From Giardia intestinalis (Eukaryota): a stretch of 64,000 bases of DNA. The stretch is taken from the NCBI GenBank assembly GCA_000002435.2, contig CM018792.1, one strand, 5' to 3'. Numbering within the stretch: the stretch's first letter is position 1; every line of letters starts with the position of its first letter. The position numbers and the translations under genes were made by a program. Below the pieces are notes generated by a model. That model saw nothing but the letters and a program-made list of their open reading frames with translations, searched no databases and had not been told where the DNA came from. This document shows, one piece after another, positions 18,898 to 29,900 of this stretch.

Positions 18898-21615
18898 TTA
18901 GTTCATGTAAATAGTGTCGCGCCCAACGTATGCACGGACAAGGAGGGCCAGGGCCCGCGATGCCCTGTCTGCCTTTTCAAAGACAACCACTCCGTGTTTC
19001 ATCATTTCCATGCGGAGCTCGTGGAACTTCCATCCTGAGTCGCAAACAAACACCCACGGCTTAGAGTACTCAGGGTTAGCATGAAGAGCAATGAAGCGCC
19101 TGCAGATGGAGTCCTCATCAGCGACGCAATTCTCCCCTATGAGGGCACCGACATTGCCTGCGGTGGTCTTGATGATGTGAGTCTCAGGAACGGCACTGAA
19201 GATCGCACAATCTACAGACAAGCTCTTGAGCAGGATCTCTGCTATCTCCTGGTACGCCCTATCAGGAATGGTTGGGGTCGTGTCTATGATGTCGCTTACA
19301 TCAACAACAGCGCCAATCTTGTACTTCTCGTAGATTGCTTTAATCGCCTCTTTGGTCTCTGAGTCATAAGTGGGAAGTCTAAAGTAGCTCCTGGACCTTT
19401 CATCGCATGGATCAATCGAGCGTGTGCTCAGCTCAAACAGATGGTCTGCAATGCAGCAACATTCGAAGCCTGCATTGGAAAGAGCGGTCACAGATACGTA
19501 TCCTTTCGCATCAAAGCCCTCGCGGAGCCTGTGGATTCTGGGCGCAATCCCAGAGGCCAGATAAATTACGTCGTCGAAACTATCAAATGAGTCACAGACC
19601 ACGGCACCAGCCATGTCCAGAAGCTCACTGAACATGCTGTAGTCACCTGCCAACGAGGCTGTGTGCCCTGCAGCGGCGCTGGATCCCTGCGGTGTGCGAC
19701 CAGATTTATATATGACGATAACCTTTCCGAGATCACGAGCTTGAGCAACCAACTTCATAAGACGAATGCCTTCGTTCATATTGAGGCCCTCCATGTAGAC
19801 ACCGATAACGCGGATTAAGCTCTTCTGGGCGTCTAGATCCTTAAGCTTGGCAAGGGCACGGGAATCAAGCGTATAACCTGCAGAAATCGCATTCCTCTCG
19901 TATGTGCTAGCAGAATCTTCCGTCAACAGCCATTCGATGAAGTCGGTTCCCGATAAGCAAAGCTGATTCCCAACAGATACGGACATGAGAGGACGAACCT
20001 TGTATGCCAAGTTCGACATTCTTGTTATCATGCTGGCACCAGACTGGCAAACCAGAGCAACATTGTTGTTTGGAGAGGCAATAGACCGGATTCTCACGTC
20101 CGAGGACTTGATGGTCAACTTCGACTTCGTCACCTCTAGATCACCCTGGTCATCAAATGCAATATTTGTCTGCAGATTTGTAAGAACATCATCAGAAGTA
20201 GACGACTTTGACTCAAGATAGAACTCGTTGGCTGAGGACTTTGCGGAACTGACAAAAATGGTGTTAACAAGATCCTGCCAGACAAACCCAAGCGTATTGG
20301 GGCCTGAAACAAGGGTGCGGTTGTAAGCAGCACCATAGGAATTCAGTTTCGTGCGTAAGCGTTCTTCTATCTCTTTTCCGTTGGCAGTCTCGGCAAATCC
20401 ACCGGACAAGACAAAGATGCTGTTACAGAGGTTACTGTCTATCAAATCGTTCATAACAAGCTCTGCAGCCTTTGCAGCGACGCCTACAACGGCCAAATCT
20501 ATAGCTTTACCTGCCCTAAATAACAGCAAGTCAGAAACAGTCTTGAAACACGGCCTGCCAAAGATTTCATCAGCAGTGGGGTGGATGCAGAAGACATCGA
20601 TTCCAGGGATCTCCATAAGCTTGCGCAACACGACAGTTGACGGATTTGTGAGACTCTTCGTCGATGCGCCGACGATGACAACGGATTGCGGAGCAAATAG
20701 GGAACCGACCTTGTAGAGAGGCTTGTGCGCACTATACACCGGGATGGCGTCCTCTGCTGTTGCGTATGCTTTGTAGCTAGGATTGGGCAAGATGCGAACA
20801 ACAGCATCAAGGGCGAGTAGATTGCCTGTCTCCCTCTCCACAACCGCAGGGTTGATCTCTATCTCACGTATGACATACTTCGTTGTCGCATTGTTTCTAC
20901 AATAGTGCCTCAGAAGTGCCTGCAAGATGCTCAATGGAGAAACCACCTGATCTATAGAGGAAATCAACCGCTTTGAGCCACGAACCTTGCCCAGTAGAAA
21001 TTGACTAACAGGCAAGCGCTCCAGAGCGGCCATAGCAGCAGTCGAGTTCGCTAGATTGATCCAACTCGGAAGAAAAATGGAAGAGTGTCCCTGGCGCATA
21101 ACCTTCTTGTAATATTCCACTCCAGTTCCTCCGAGACCGAAACAGACACAAGGCCCGAACCCGGTATCTTCAAAGGCAGAGATCAGAAGCTCGCCGTTCG
21201 ACATCCCACTGTCATAAAACTTCGCCATCTCGACGACAATGACACCCTCGAGGTTGTGGCCAGCGCTCTTGAGCTTGTTGACAAATGGTTCCAGGTCAGC
21301 CTCGATGTTCGAGCGGTCCTTGAAGAGCATGATCCCGCCGATGTCCGTCTTGTGGAGGCACCCGGGAATGTGGCACTTGATGACGTACTTCTGGTTGGGC
21401 TTCATGAAGGTCTTGATCTGGGAAGCCAGGGACGAATGCAGAGGGAAGTATCTGAACTCGGGAACCTTGATGCCGATTAGCTCGAAGAGCTCATACGCCT
21501 CGTACTCATAGAGGAGCCCGTCAGGGCGCGAGGAAGCCTGTTCAAAGATGCTTGCTATCTCAGCCTCATGCCTCAGGGCAAAGTAGTCCTCGTGATGGAA
21601 ATCGGACGGGAGCAT
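18898..21615 (-). CDS. NDP-forming acyl-CoA synthetase (ADP-forming acetyl-CoA synthetase family), fused beta-alpha arrangement (905 aa)
   Basis: ATG at 21615 (ccacaaaaATG). N-terminal ATP-grasp (EAYELFELIGIKVPE...KCHIPGCLHKTDIGGI). Then a CoA-binding Rossmann (SVVIVGASTKSLTNP), then a phosphohistidine-loop region (SSAAAGHTASLAGDY), then a C-terminal ligase-CoA domain. The recurring Rossmann/phospho-His/ATP-grasp motifs are those of succinyl-CoA-synthetase-like ACD enzymes. Confidence 0.7.
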   Translation of the reverse strand: MLPSDFHHEDYFALRHEAEIASIFEQASSRPDGLLYEYEAYELFELIGIKVPEFRYFPLHSSLASQIKTFMKPNQKYVIKCHIPGCLHKTDIGGIMLFKDRSNIEADLEPFVNKLKSAGHNLEGVIVVEMAKFYDSGMSNGELLISAFEDTGFGPCVCFGLGGTGVEYYKKVMRQGHSSIFLPSWINLANSTAAMAALERLPVSQFLLGKVRGSKRLISSIDQVVSPLSILQALLRHYCRNNATTKYVIREIEINPAVVERETGNLLALDAVVRILPNPSYKAYATAEDAIPVYSAHKPLYKVGSLFAPQSVVIVGASTKSLTNPSTVVLRKLMEIPGIDVFCIHPTADEIFGRPCFKTVSDLLLFRAGKAIDLAVVGVAAKAAELVMNDLIDSNLCNSIFVLSGGFAETANGKEIEERLRTKLNSYGAAYNRTLVSGPNTLGFVWQDLVNTIFVSSAKSSANEFYLESKSSTSDDVLTNLQTNIAFDDQGDLEVTKSKLTIKSSDVRIRSIASPNNNVALVCQSGASMITRMSNLAYKVRPLMSVSVGNQLCLSGTDFIEWLLTEDSASTYERNAISAGYTLDSRALAKLKDLDAQKSLIRVIGVYMEGLNMNEGIRLMKLVAQARDLGKVIVIYKSGRTPQGSSAAAGHTASLAGDYSMFSELLDMAGAVVCDSFDSFDDVIYLASGIAPRIHRLREGFDAKGYVSVTALSNAGFECCCIADHLFELSTRSIDPCDERSRSYFRLPTYDSETKEAIKAIYEKYKIGAVVDVSDIIDTTPTIPDRAYQEIAEILLKSLSVDCAIFSAVPETHIIKTTAGNVGALIGENCVADEDSICRRFIALHANPEYSKPWVFVCDSGWKFHELRMEMMKHGVVVFEKADRASRALALLVRAYVGRDTIYMN

Positions 21616-21766
21616 TTTTGTGGTAAGAGTGTGTTTTTAAGCAAAAAAATGTCATGTAAAGATTTTGGATACTAAATTTGGATCTAAATTGGAAAAGGGA
21701 TAATTTAAATTCACGTGCAACAAAGTTGAAACACTGGATTGCATCTGGTCCTAGCGCAACCTTGTA

Positions 21767-23950
21767 ATGGTTATCTGCACAGAAAGTAAAGCGGAGGCAG
21801 GCAGGATCAGAAGCTTGTCGGCCGGCGATAGTCGGCTTATCTTGGCAACCCAGCAATTTCCAGATCCGTATAAGGTCGTTAGCGCATTACTTGAGAATTC
21901 CTTGGATGCAGGTGCCTCAGAAATTGCAATTGTCTTAGAGGGCATGGGGCTCAAGAGTATCACTGTCAATGATAATGGATGTGGACTGGACTTATCTACT
22001 CTCCAAGCACTCGGGAGCTGTAGGGTCACGACAGCTACTTCTCAGCCAGGCAGCTTGAACCGTAAGGGCGAGTCTATCTTCTTAATATCTGCCTTAAGTA
22101 CAGTCTTAGTCACCAGCTCATTGGGAGACGACCCCTATGAAAGAGTTGTTAGTGAAGATACAAGCAGCGCAAAGCACGCCACACGAGCAGGCAGGGGGAC
22201 CACTGTTGTTGTTCAAGATCTATATAGATCAATCCCTGTTCGTCAAAGATACTTCTCGACTCCGTCTCTTCGCAAGAAGCTGCTTCTGTCCATCACTGAT
22301 CTGATTCAGTCATATGCACTGGCTAACTATACGCTGGGTTTTCGACTAATTGTGGATGGAGCTGTGCACATTGATGTCTCTTCGGGATCCAAGAATTCCA
22401 TCCACGACCGCTACGTTGAGCTTTTCGGCAGAGATGTTCGATCTCTCGTTGGTTTCTTTTCATTTGAAACGCGTCTGGGCTATACTGTTAAGGCCAGTCT
22501 TGCGTGCCCAGATGCAGGCATTACTCCGCAAAGTAAGCTGGGACATGCCCGTAAGATCTTTCTTTCTACCAATGGAAGGCCCATACTTTGTCCCTCGTTG
22601 ATTGAGGCCCTTCAGCAAGTGTATGCACGGATCTCTGCAACCAACGTTCCGATTGGCGCGTTAAATCTCGTGCTTCCGTTGGGGACTTATGCACTGGCAC
22701 GGAGCACACCCTATGACACTCTTCAAATGCAAGGGCTGAGCGTATTTATCGATCTCTTATCAGAGGAGTATCTTGCATGGCTCCTGAGATATAACAAATC
22801 GACAATCACAAATGGGCATCTGGGACGCGACGTTACTAGCAAGAGTTTGATAGTCAGAGCAGCTAAAGAGAAGTCAGTTAATTCACCATGTCCTAAATCT
22901 AGCTTTGGAGTTAGATCTCAGCAACGAGATACTGTGCCAGATAATATTGTCATCAGTCGCGTATCGCACACTAAGGCGGCATCCTTCTTCCATACGCGGA
23001 AGCCTGAATTACGTCAAGCATATCATTCTGAGACAAACACCAATACCGAACCACCCCCTGGAGGCACACCTTCAGTGCTGGGAATCGTTGGCTTTTCAAA
23101 GCTACAAAGCTCACTCTCCAATCCAGGTCCATCTGATGCTTCGGATTCCATAAAAGTTGAAAGTCAATCATGTGACCCTGAAAGCAAGGTGAGGATTGGA
23201 CCAGTAAGAAGAAGAGGCTCGGCATCGGGATTCAGACAGCAAGACTTTAATAATCTAAAGTACATATGTCAATATAACCAATCGTTCCTAATAACTCAGC
23301 TTAACAACACCTTCTACCTGATCGACCAACACGCAGCTCATGAAGCCAAGCATTTTAGCGACTACTGGCATAACCCACACTGCTACTTATCGAGGCAGAA
23401 GACTATCACACCCCTGAAGCTAAGGCTTCGACCAGATGAAAAGCTGTGTCTTGAGGAGTTTCTCTCTAGTGCGATATTTGATATTATTGGATTTGAACTG
23501 TGCTTGTCAGAGAATTACGTGCTTATTTTTTCTTTCCCATCTCTTTTTGGGCAAACTCTTACGGAGGAGGACTTCAGAGAGTACCTTTTGTCACTGTATG
23601 GACACACCAGGGAACATGTTGAGAGCATCATATGCGCCAAGAGTACTGGATCAAAACCCAGGGAGAAATCACTTCTCTGCTTACTGCATAATAATATAGC
23701 TCCGCCCAGAATTAGAAAAATCTTCGCGTCAAAATCATGCAAGGCCTCCGTACGCCTCGGAGACCCGCTCTTAGACTCAACTGCCAAACGTATCATTGCA
23801 GATCTGGCCCGTTGCGAGAAGCCATTTAACTGTCCCCATGGAAGACCTGTATTACGATTCTTAGACCTTGCGCCACGAGCAGATTCTACCGATGAAGATC
23901 TGCCCCATGCAGAAGAATTACACAGTGATGTGATCAATAGCGAGGACTAA
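21767..23950 (+). CDS. DNA mismatch repair MutL homolog, PMS1/PMS2-type (727 aa)
   Basis: ATG at 21767. GHKL ATPase motifs ALLENSLDAGASEIAI and VNDNGCGLD at the N-terminus. The C-terminus carries DQHAAHE (endonuclease DQHAxxE motif) and FNCPHGRP (conserved MutL C-terminal CPHGRP). Confidence 0.75.
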   Translation: MVICTESKAEAGRIRSLSAGDSRLILATQQFPDPYKVVSALLENSLDAGASEIAIVLEGMGLKSITVNDNGCGLDLSTLQALGSCRVTTATSQPGSLNRKGESIFLISALSTVLVTSSLGDDPYERVVSEDTSSAKHATRAGRGTTVVVQDLYRSIPVRQRYFSTPSLRKKLLLSITDLIQSYALANYTLGFRLIVDGAVHIDVSSGSKNSIHDRYVELFGRDVRSLVGFFSFETRLGYTVKASLACPDAGITPQSKLGHARKIFLSTNGRPILCPSLIEALQQVYARISATNVPIGALNLVLPLGTYALARSTPYDTLQMQGLSVFIDLLSEEYLAWLLRYNKSTITNGHLGRDVTSKSLIVRAAKEKSVNSPCPKSSFGVRSQQRDTVPDNIVISRVSHTKAASFFHTRKPELRQAYHSETNTNTEPPPGGTPSVLGIVGFSKLQSSLSNPGPSDASDSIKVESQSCDPESKVRIGPVRRRGSASGFRQQDFNNLKYICQYNQSFLITQLNNTFYLIDQHAAHEAKHFSDYWHNPHCYLSRQKTITPLKLRLRPDEKLCLEEFLSSAIFDIIGFELCLSENYVLIFSFPSLFGQTLTEEDFREYLLSLYGHTREHVESIICAKSTGSKPREKSLLCLLHNNIAPPRIRKIFASKSCKASVRLGDPLLDSTAKRIIADLARCEKPFNCPHGRPVLRFLDLAPRADSTDEDLPHAEELHSDVINSED

Positions 23951-26900
23951 GTCTGCACTATGTTATTGTACAGTCCGTCTGCCAAGTGCTCTACATTTGT
24001 GCTTAGAACCACTCTGGAAAACTCAGTGGACTCAATTACTAAAATGTCTGAAATGACTTTTTGAACAGAGTACCCATCGGGCAAAGAAACCATTACCCTT
24101 GCCTCGACAGCTTCGTCCCATATGAGAATATTAAGAAGGAAGCAAACCGTTGTGGGAAGCAGTGGAACACATGCGGTGCACAAACGATCTAAGGTTATGC
24201 CAGGACAAAGTGAAATGAGAGATATTATTTGGCGAAGAGATAGCTCCGCTTCGTATCTATTACCATCAGCATAATCTATAGAGCAGTTTGCAGGGCTGAT
24301 GGCAGAAAACTCCGTCGCAAACTGCTCATAGCTGGAACTTGCTAAGAAGGTCTCGAGAGGAACAAACACCGTTTCAGTTATTAGTCGTCTAGGGACGAAG
24401 AAACCGCTGCCTAGTAAAATATCTTTACTCTCTGGGCAGTTGAAAAGCGTCAGGCTTAAGTTAGTATCATTATACTTCTGCAGCAATATGTCTATGCCTT
24501 GTTTTTGTGTAGAATTACAATCTTCAGTCAAATTGACTAAGGGACAGACAAGCTCCAACCCAATCTCTTGGAAGCCCTGGATTGCGTCACCTATCATTGC
24601 GCTCACAGCGTCGTCCATGCCAGCATACGTCTCAAGGATATCTTCTACGGGGTTGAATGATGTATCTTCCTCACCAAATTCCAGATCAATTATAGAGCAG
24701 GGATCGATAATCCTGAGCTCTTCTATCGTGCTCCCTGATAGGCGGTACCGCTGACGATGTAGTCCAAACAGAATAGAAGGTAGGAGGAGAAAGGCATGGT
24801 GTACAGTCATTGTACCCATATCGATATTACTGAGGTAGCTATTTCGGCTATCGGCAGATATTAGGCTAGGCTTCTGTAGTGTTTTGGAAACTGAGTACCC
24901 CAAAGATCCGTATTCTTGTTGTCGAGCATACCCAGATGCCAACAGATATTGCAAAGAAAAGTCACTCATGCTATTACTAGCCATTGACTCAATGGCGCGA
25001 AGGGCGGCTCCATCGGCTGTAATGTTAACTTGAGATGGATTCCATAGCGTACATGCCATGAACATCCTGATTTCTCTGGCCCACTTGTGCTGCTGCAAGA
25101 TCACCTTGTTGCGAAAACTGCACACAATATCCCGCAACCTCTGACACGCTAATGCTTTCCCGTTACTGGTGTCGTTAAGGAGTACATTTGTAGAGTGTAT
25201 TATTGCATTGCACAAGTAAGGCAAGCACAAGAAGCTAATGAGACTTTGAATGGTGTCGCCGCTTCGTGATAGACTTTGTTTTTCAGTATAATCTGTTCTT
25301 CTTAGAAGAAGACGGTGTGTACTATAACATACTTTGAGAGCGCGCTGATCTGTGTTATATGTTATGATAGGGTTGGCATGGTGGAGCATATTGCACGATA
25401 AAATACACTGTATTAGAAGAGATATATGCTCCTCCGCATCTATCATGTGGGAACAATCATAACAGGTAGCTGGACTTGCAGACGATTGACGGGCGATATC
25501 GTTGCACAGCAAGAGAAAACCGGGCTGCCAAAGATCAAAGAATCTCTTGTCGTACACATATGTTATGCAATCAGGGTCAGCTGCTCCTTCAAAATCAAAT
25601 TCCACCTTAAGGGAATCTGAGTTTATGCAGTTGATAAGAATGTCTTTTTCAATCAGTAGCTTAGATTGTAATTTTTTAGACGGAGATTGGTTTATTTTAT
25701 TAGTCAATAAGTACAGCAGGTTGGCCACTCTGACCGTTTCAGATGGATCAGAAAGTTGCCTTTCTCGATAGGTGTTACGGACAATGGACGTAATTACATC
25801 TGAGAACTTTCCTAAGAGCAAGCTTCTCTCCTTAGCTGATGGAAGATCTATGAGGACATCTATCTCTGGGCTTACAAGAGAAAGCGCGGCCATTGAATAT
25901 ATCCGTCCGTACGTGATAAAATCCCTCTTTGTTGCGTTGGTTTTTATGTACTTTTCAATCACAGCTGTTAAGGTACAACTGGATTGTTCTTGCAATAAAG
26001 CTACCACGCCGTCCTCTTCACTGTTGGGCTTGCTAGAAGCATATCCTCTCATCCATGGTGATACTACACGAAATAGGGACATATAATGCATCATGCAGTG
26101 CTCCCAATATCGAAGTTCATCATCACTCAAGCTAATATATCGGCGTGATGCTCTGTATTGTGCTACCATCTCTGTGAGGTCCTCTACTGTCAACGCACGT
26201 ACTTGCTCCGTGGGATGGTTCTTGGGTTCTGATTCCTCGCATAGCAAGAGTGCAAATTCTTCACGAAGATGCAGCTCTTGTTTCTGCTTATGTCTTTGCC
26301 TTTGCAATGCAGGTGTGAGACGTGAAGAGCGAGCAGACCGCATTCGCTGGATGTCTCTGTTATACTTTTGAAAGATTGATGCTCCTGTAGCCTTCATTGC
26401 AGCAATTGATTCGGTGCTGAATGCCAATAGCCAAGGACTATTTGTAAACAAGGACATGGAGCAGTACTCGGTTCCCCTACTGTCAGTAGGCTGCATGTTA
26501 ATGGAGAGAGACGACGAATTACCCCCTCTGGGCCTCATGTTCAGTAGCACCTTATCAACCCAGTATGAAACTGGAGCAGAAGCTCGAGCCACAAGGGCCT
26601 GAGAAAGCTGAACCTTATGTACTTTATGCCTGGTATCTGGTACGCACTGAATGAGGATATTCTTATCTATGTCTTCGGGCTTCAAAGAAACACTGGGAAT
26701 GTAAACACAATGTTGAGGATTGTGGTCATTAGGTTCGGATTGGCTCAGGAAATCATAAAAGGCCAATGTGACGATCTTCATAGAGTGCAGAATAAAGTGC
26801 AAAGTGTTCCACTGGGAAGAGCGATAGTACTCAAAGGCTTTATCCAGCGAGCCATCAAAGTGAAGATCTAGGTACTTTAAAGGCAGATCGCTCACAGCTG

Positions 26901-29900
26901 CAGTGGCTAAGCTGTGATAGTCCAGTATAAGCAGATTCGTGACAGAGTGCTGCAGACTTGCTCTTGCGTAGCTACACTCCTCGGCCTCAAAGAGCCTTTG
27001 CAGCTCCTTCTGCACTGCACCCATAAATGCATTGATGTGAACAATGACACCTTGTTGGCCTATAGTATCGCAAAGAGACATGGCTGCTTCCTGGGCTTTG
27101 GACACAGACGATTGGATAGTGGAGGCAAAATCTAAATCACCCAGTCGTTCCTTCAAAAATGCCAGTGTTTCTGAATTGACTATCCACGAACGTATCAGGG
27201 TATAGATAGCTAGCTCATTGCACAAGCAGGATAAGCTTATTGGTCCCTCATCTGTGCACAGCTTTAAAGCCATGTACACGCGCAAAGAAAAGTCCTCTAG
27301 AAGCGACCAGAACAGCACTAGCTCCTGTTCTGTAGAAACAGAGATGGGCTCCAGAAGCTCTATGCTTATGGTGTCAGCTTCATGAACTGCTCTGATTGTG
27401 GCCCCAATGCCAGATACGTAAAGCGAGGAGTACAGAGCTGACAAAACGTTATTCAGTATAATGGGGTGTCTCTTAAGATCACTAAGCTTTAGCGAAGGAA
27501 GATGCGAAACCGTCCTATGAATATGATTCTTGATCTTAGCATCTGGCTGTTCAATGGACCAGTGAAGAACATCTATATGCTGGAGCCACTCACGATATTT
27601 TCCCATTCTTAGAACAAAAAAATTATTAAGCACCAATAAATAAAGTGCCGGATTGCTCACTTTATAAATAAAAGTATTGGGAAAAGAAAGCAGATAGGGC
27701 AAGAAAAGATGGTAGAGGGGAGAAGATTCTGGGAAAGGAAACAGGTATGCATATTCTGAGAAGGTAAGAGCCTCGCAAAGAGATATGTCAGACACAGATG
27801 AATGAGCCATGTCCTTGATTGATTGCAAGAGTACGATGTGCAGGAGCATGAGCTTGCGCAGAGTGTACTTTCTCTTTGTGCGAGAGATATCAGCCTTAAT
27901 AGCCATAAGCGTCTCAGAACAAGAAGAAAGATATGCAGAGACTTGAGCCATTGACTGTTCGCTCCGTGTGGACCCTGCTAAGACTACAACTTTTACGTTG
28001 GAGCGCTTCACATGACTATTCAAATCATGGAGAAATACATCTGTGCTTTCATAACCAGTCAATTCTGGCATGCAAGAGGTCATCCAGGATAGAGTAGATG
28101 ACTCAGACCCAGAGGACAGCTCTGCACTACCTTCTCGGCCAGGATCATTAAGGTAGTCTTGTTCGAGGTCAGCACCTATGCCTGCGTCTGTCTCGTCACG
28201 AGCTAGCAAAGTTGGAAGAGTGGATAGGTAGACCTTGAGACGATCTAAAAGATTCGGCATATTCTGAAGAAACCCAGAGGTAGGAGAGTCACCAAGTTCG
28301 TGCGTATCCATTACAAATATATCTGAACGATAGTAAACAGTACATGTCTTTGCGCCTATTGACACAGAAGACTCGAGTATGTACCCTGTCTCCAGAAGGT
28401 AATCAATTGACCGCTGCACAACCTTTCTGTCTGTCTTTTTCTTTGTTAGGTCTTTGAATCCATAAGAGAGTGGAAAGGAGGTATATACCTCTGCAGGAAG
28501 CAGTGAAGCAAGTTGGACAAGATCTTGCTGGATGTATAGCGGTGTGAGCCGAAAGAAGCTGAGAATAAGCTGTGCTTTGGCACTCATTGCAATATTTCTC
28601 TGAGTATCATATGTTATAAGGGCACACTCGAGAGCATCAGGAAAGAAGCAGCCCAAAGGTGTTAGAATAGGTGTGCTGGGCTTCTGAGGAGCATTATCTG
28701 TTGGTGTGGCGCACAGAAGCGTCTGCTTAAGAGGAGAGTCTTCCTCCTGATGCATCTCATGAACAGTTATACTATTTGTAGATAAGCTGACACTGAGGGC
28801 AGAGCTAGTGGGGCCACTATGATTAGTTGAAAGAAAGCCAGCAAGGCGGGAATAACCATACCTGATTTTGCGCTCAAATGATCGTCTAGAGCCAGACCCA
28901 GAGGATGTCTTCGCAGGGGAGTCGAAAAGAGGCGTGTAAAGAGCTTGAGGTCCATGAGGAAAGTACCAATATTTGAACGCCCCCGATTCCTCGGACTTTA
29001 CAACGGGAAAAGAGGAGACTAGGACGTCTGAAATCCATTCCATGACCTTTCGTGCTAGACAGAATTGGTCTCTCAAATTAGTAAGCTGAATGCCTTCTTC
29101 TCCAGCCTGAAAAATCTTTATAAGTAGGAGCTCTGTCACAGTAGATACCCTATTTCCATAAGTGAGTGGAATTAAAAGACTTACTTCGATAGGAGTAAAT
29201 CCATCAATGGGATACAAGGTCAGTGATGGTAAGACTTGCTGCGCTGATGCAAGGGTTTGCGCGGAAGTAAGAAAAAGAAAGTTGGGGCTAAATGTCATAG
29301 GAGACATGGGGCTCATATGAAAGATGTTCTGCGAGCCCTTGTTTTCACGGCGGATTGCACTAAGAGGCTTGAAACTGAGACTTTGGGGTGTCAAAAAGCG
29401 AGAGTATACCAGTGTATCCCCCAATTTTACATAGCTTCCTAGAACACCTGCCTTATCGAGGGCAGTCGTAATAGTGTCAAGCTGAACATTGAGAGTTTTA
29501 CGAGCCTTTGCGGAATCTACGCCTAGTTCCTTAATAAAGTGATCTAGGATGTCCTCGTATGCTTGCTCTCTTCCAGTAGAGGCTAGATACTGACACACCA
29601 TCATGGCAGTGGGAGCCTTTTGGCCTTCTGGCTGGTGAGAATGAGCCCCAAAGCTGCTTAACCCCCGAGTATACTCTATAAATGCTTCACGCAACTCTTC
29701 ATCAGATCTCCTACCAAGAAAGATGGTGGCCCACACGATGTTGGATGTGTTAGTTCCCCAGTAGTCCTTGATTGCCCCTGTAAGTGTCACAGAAAGTGAA
29801 TACACCAGTCTGTTTCCTGATAAGATCTTAATGAAGCGAGACACCTGCCGACTGTCCAGCTTAGTCTTTGAAGAAATTTCCGTGGCAAGAATTCCGTGAG

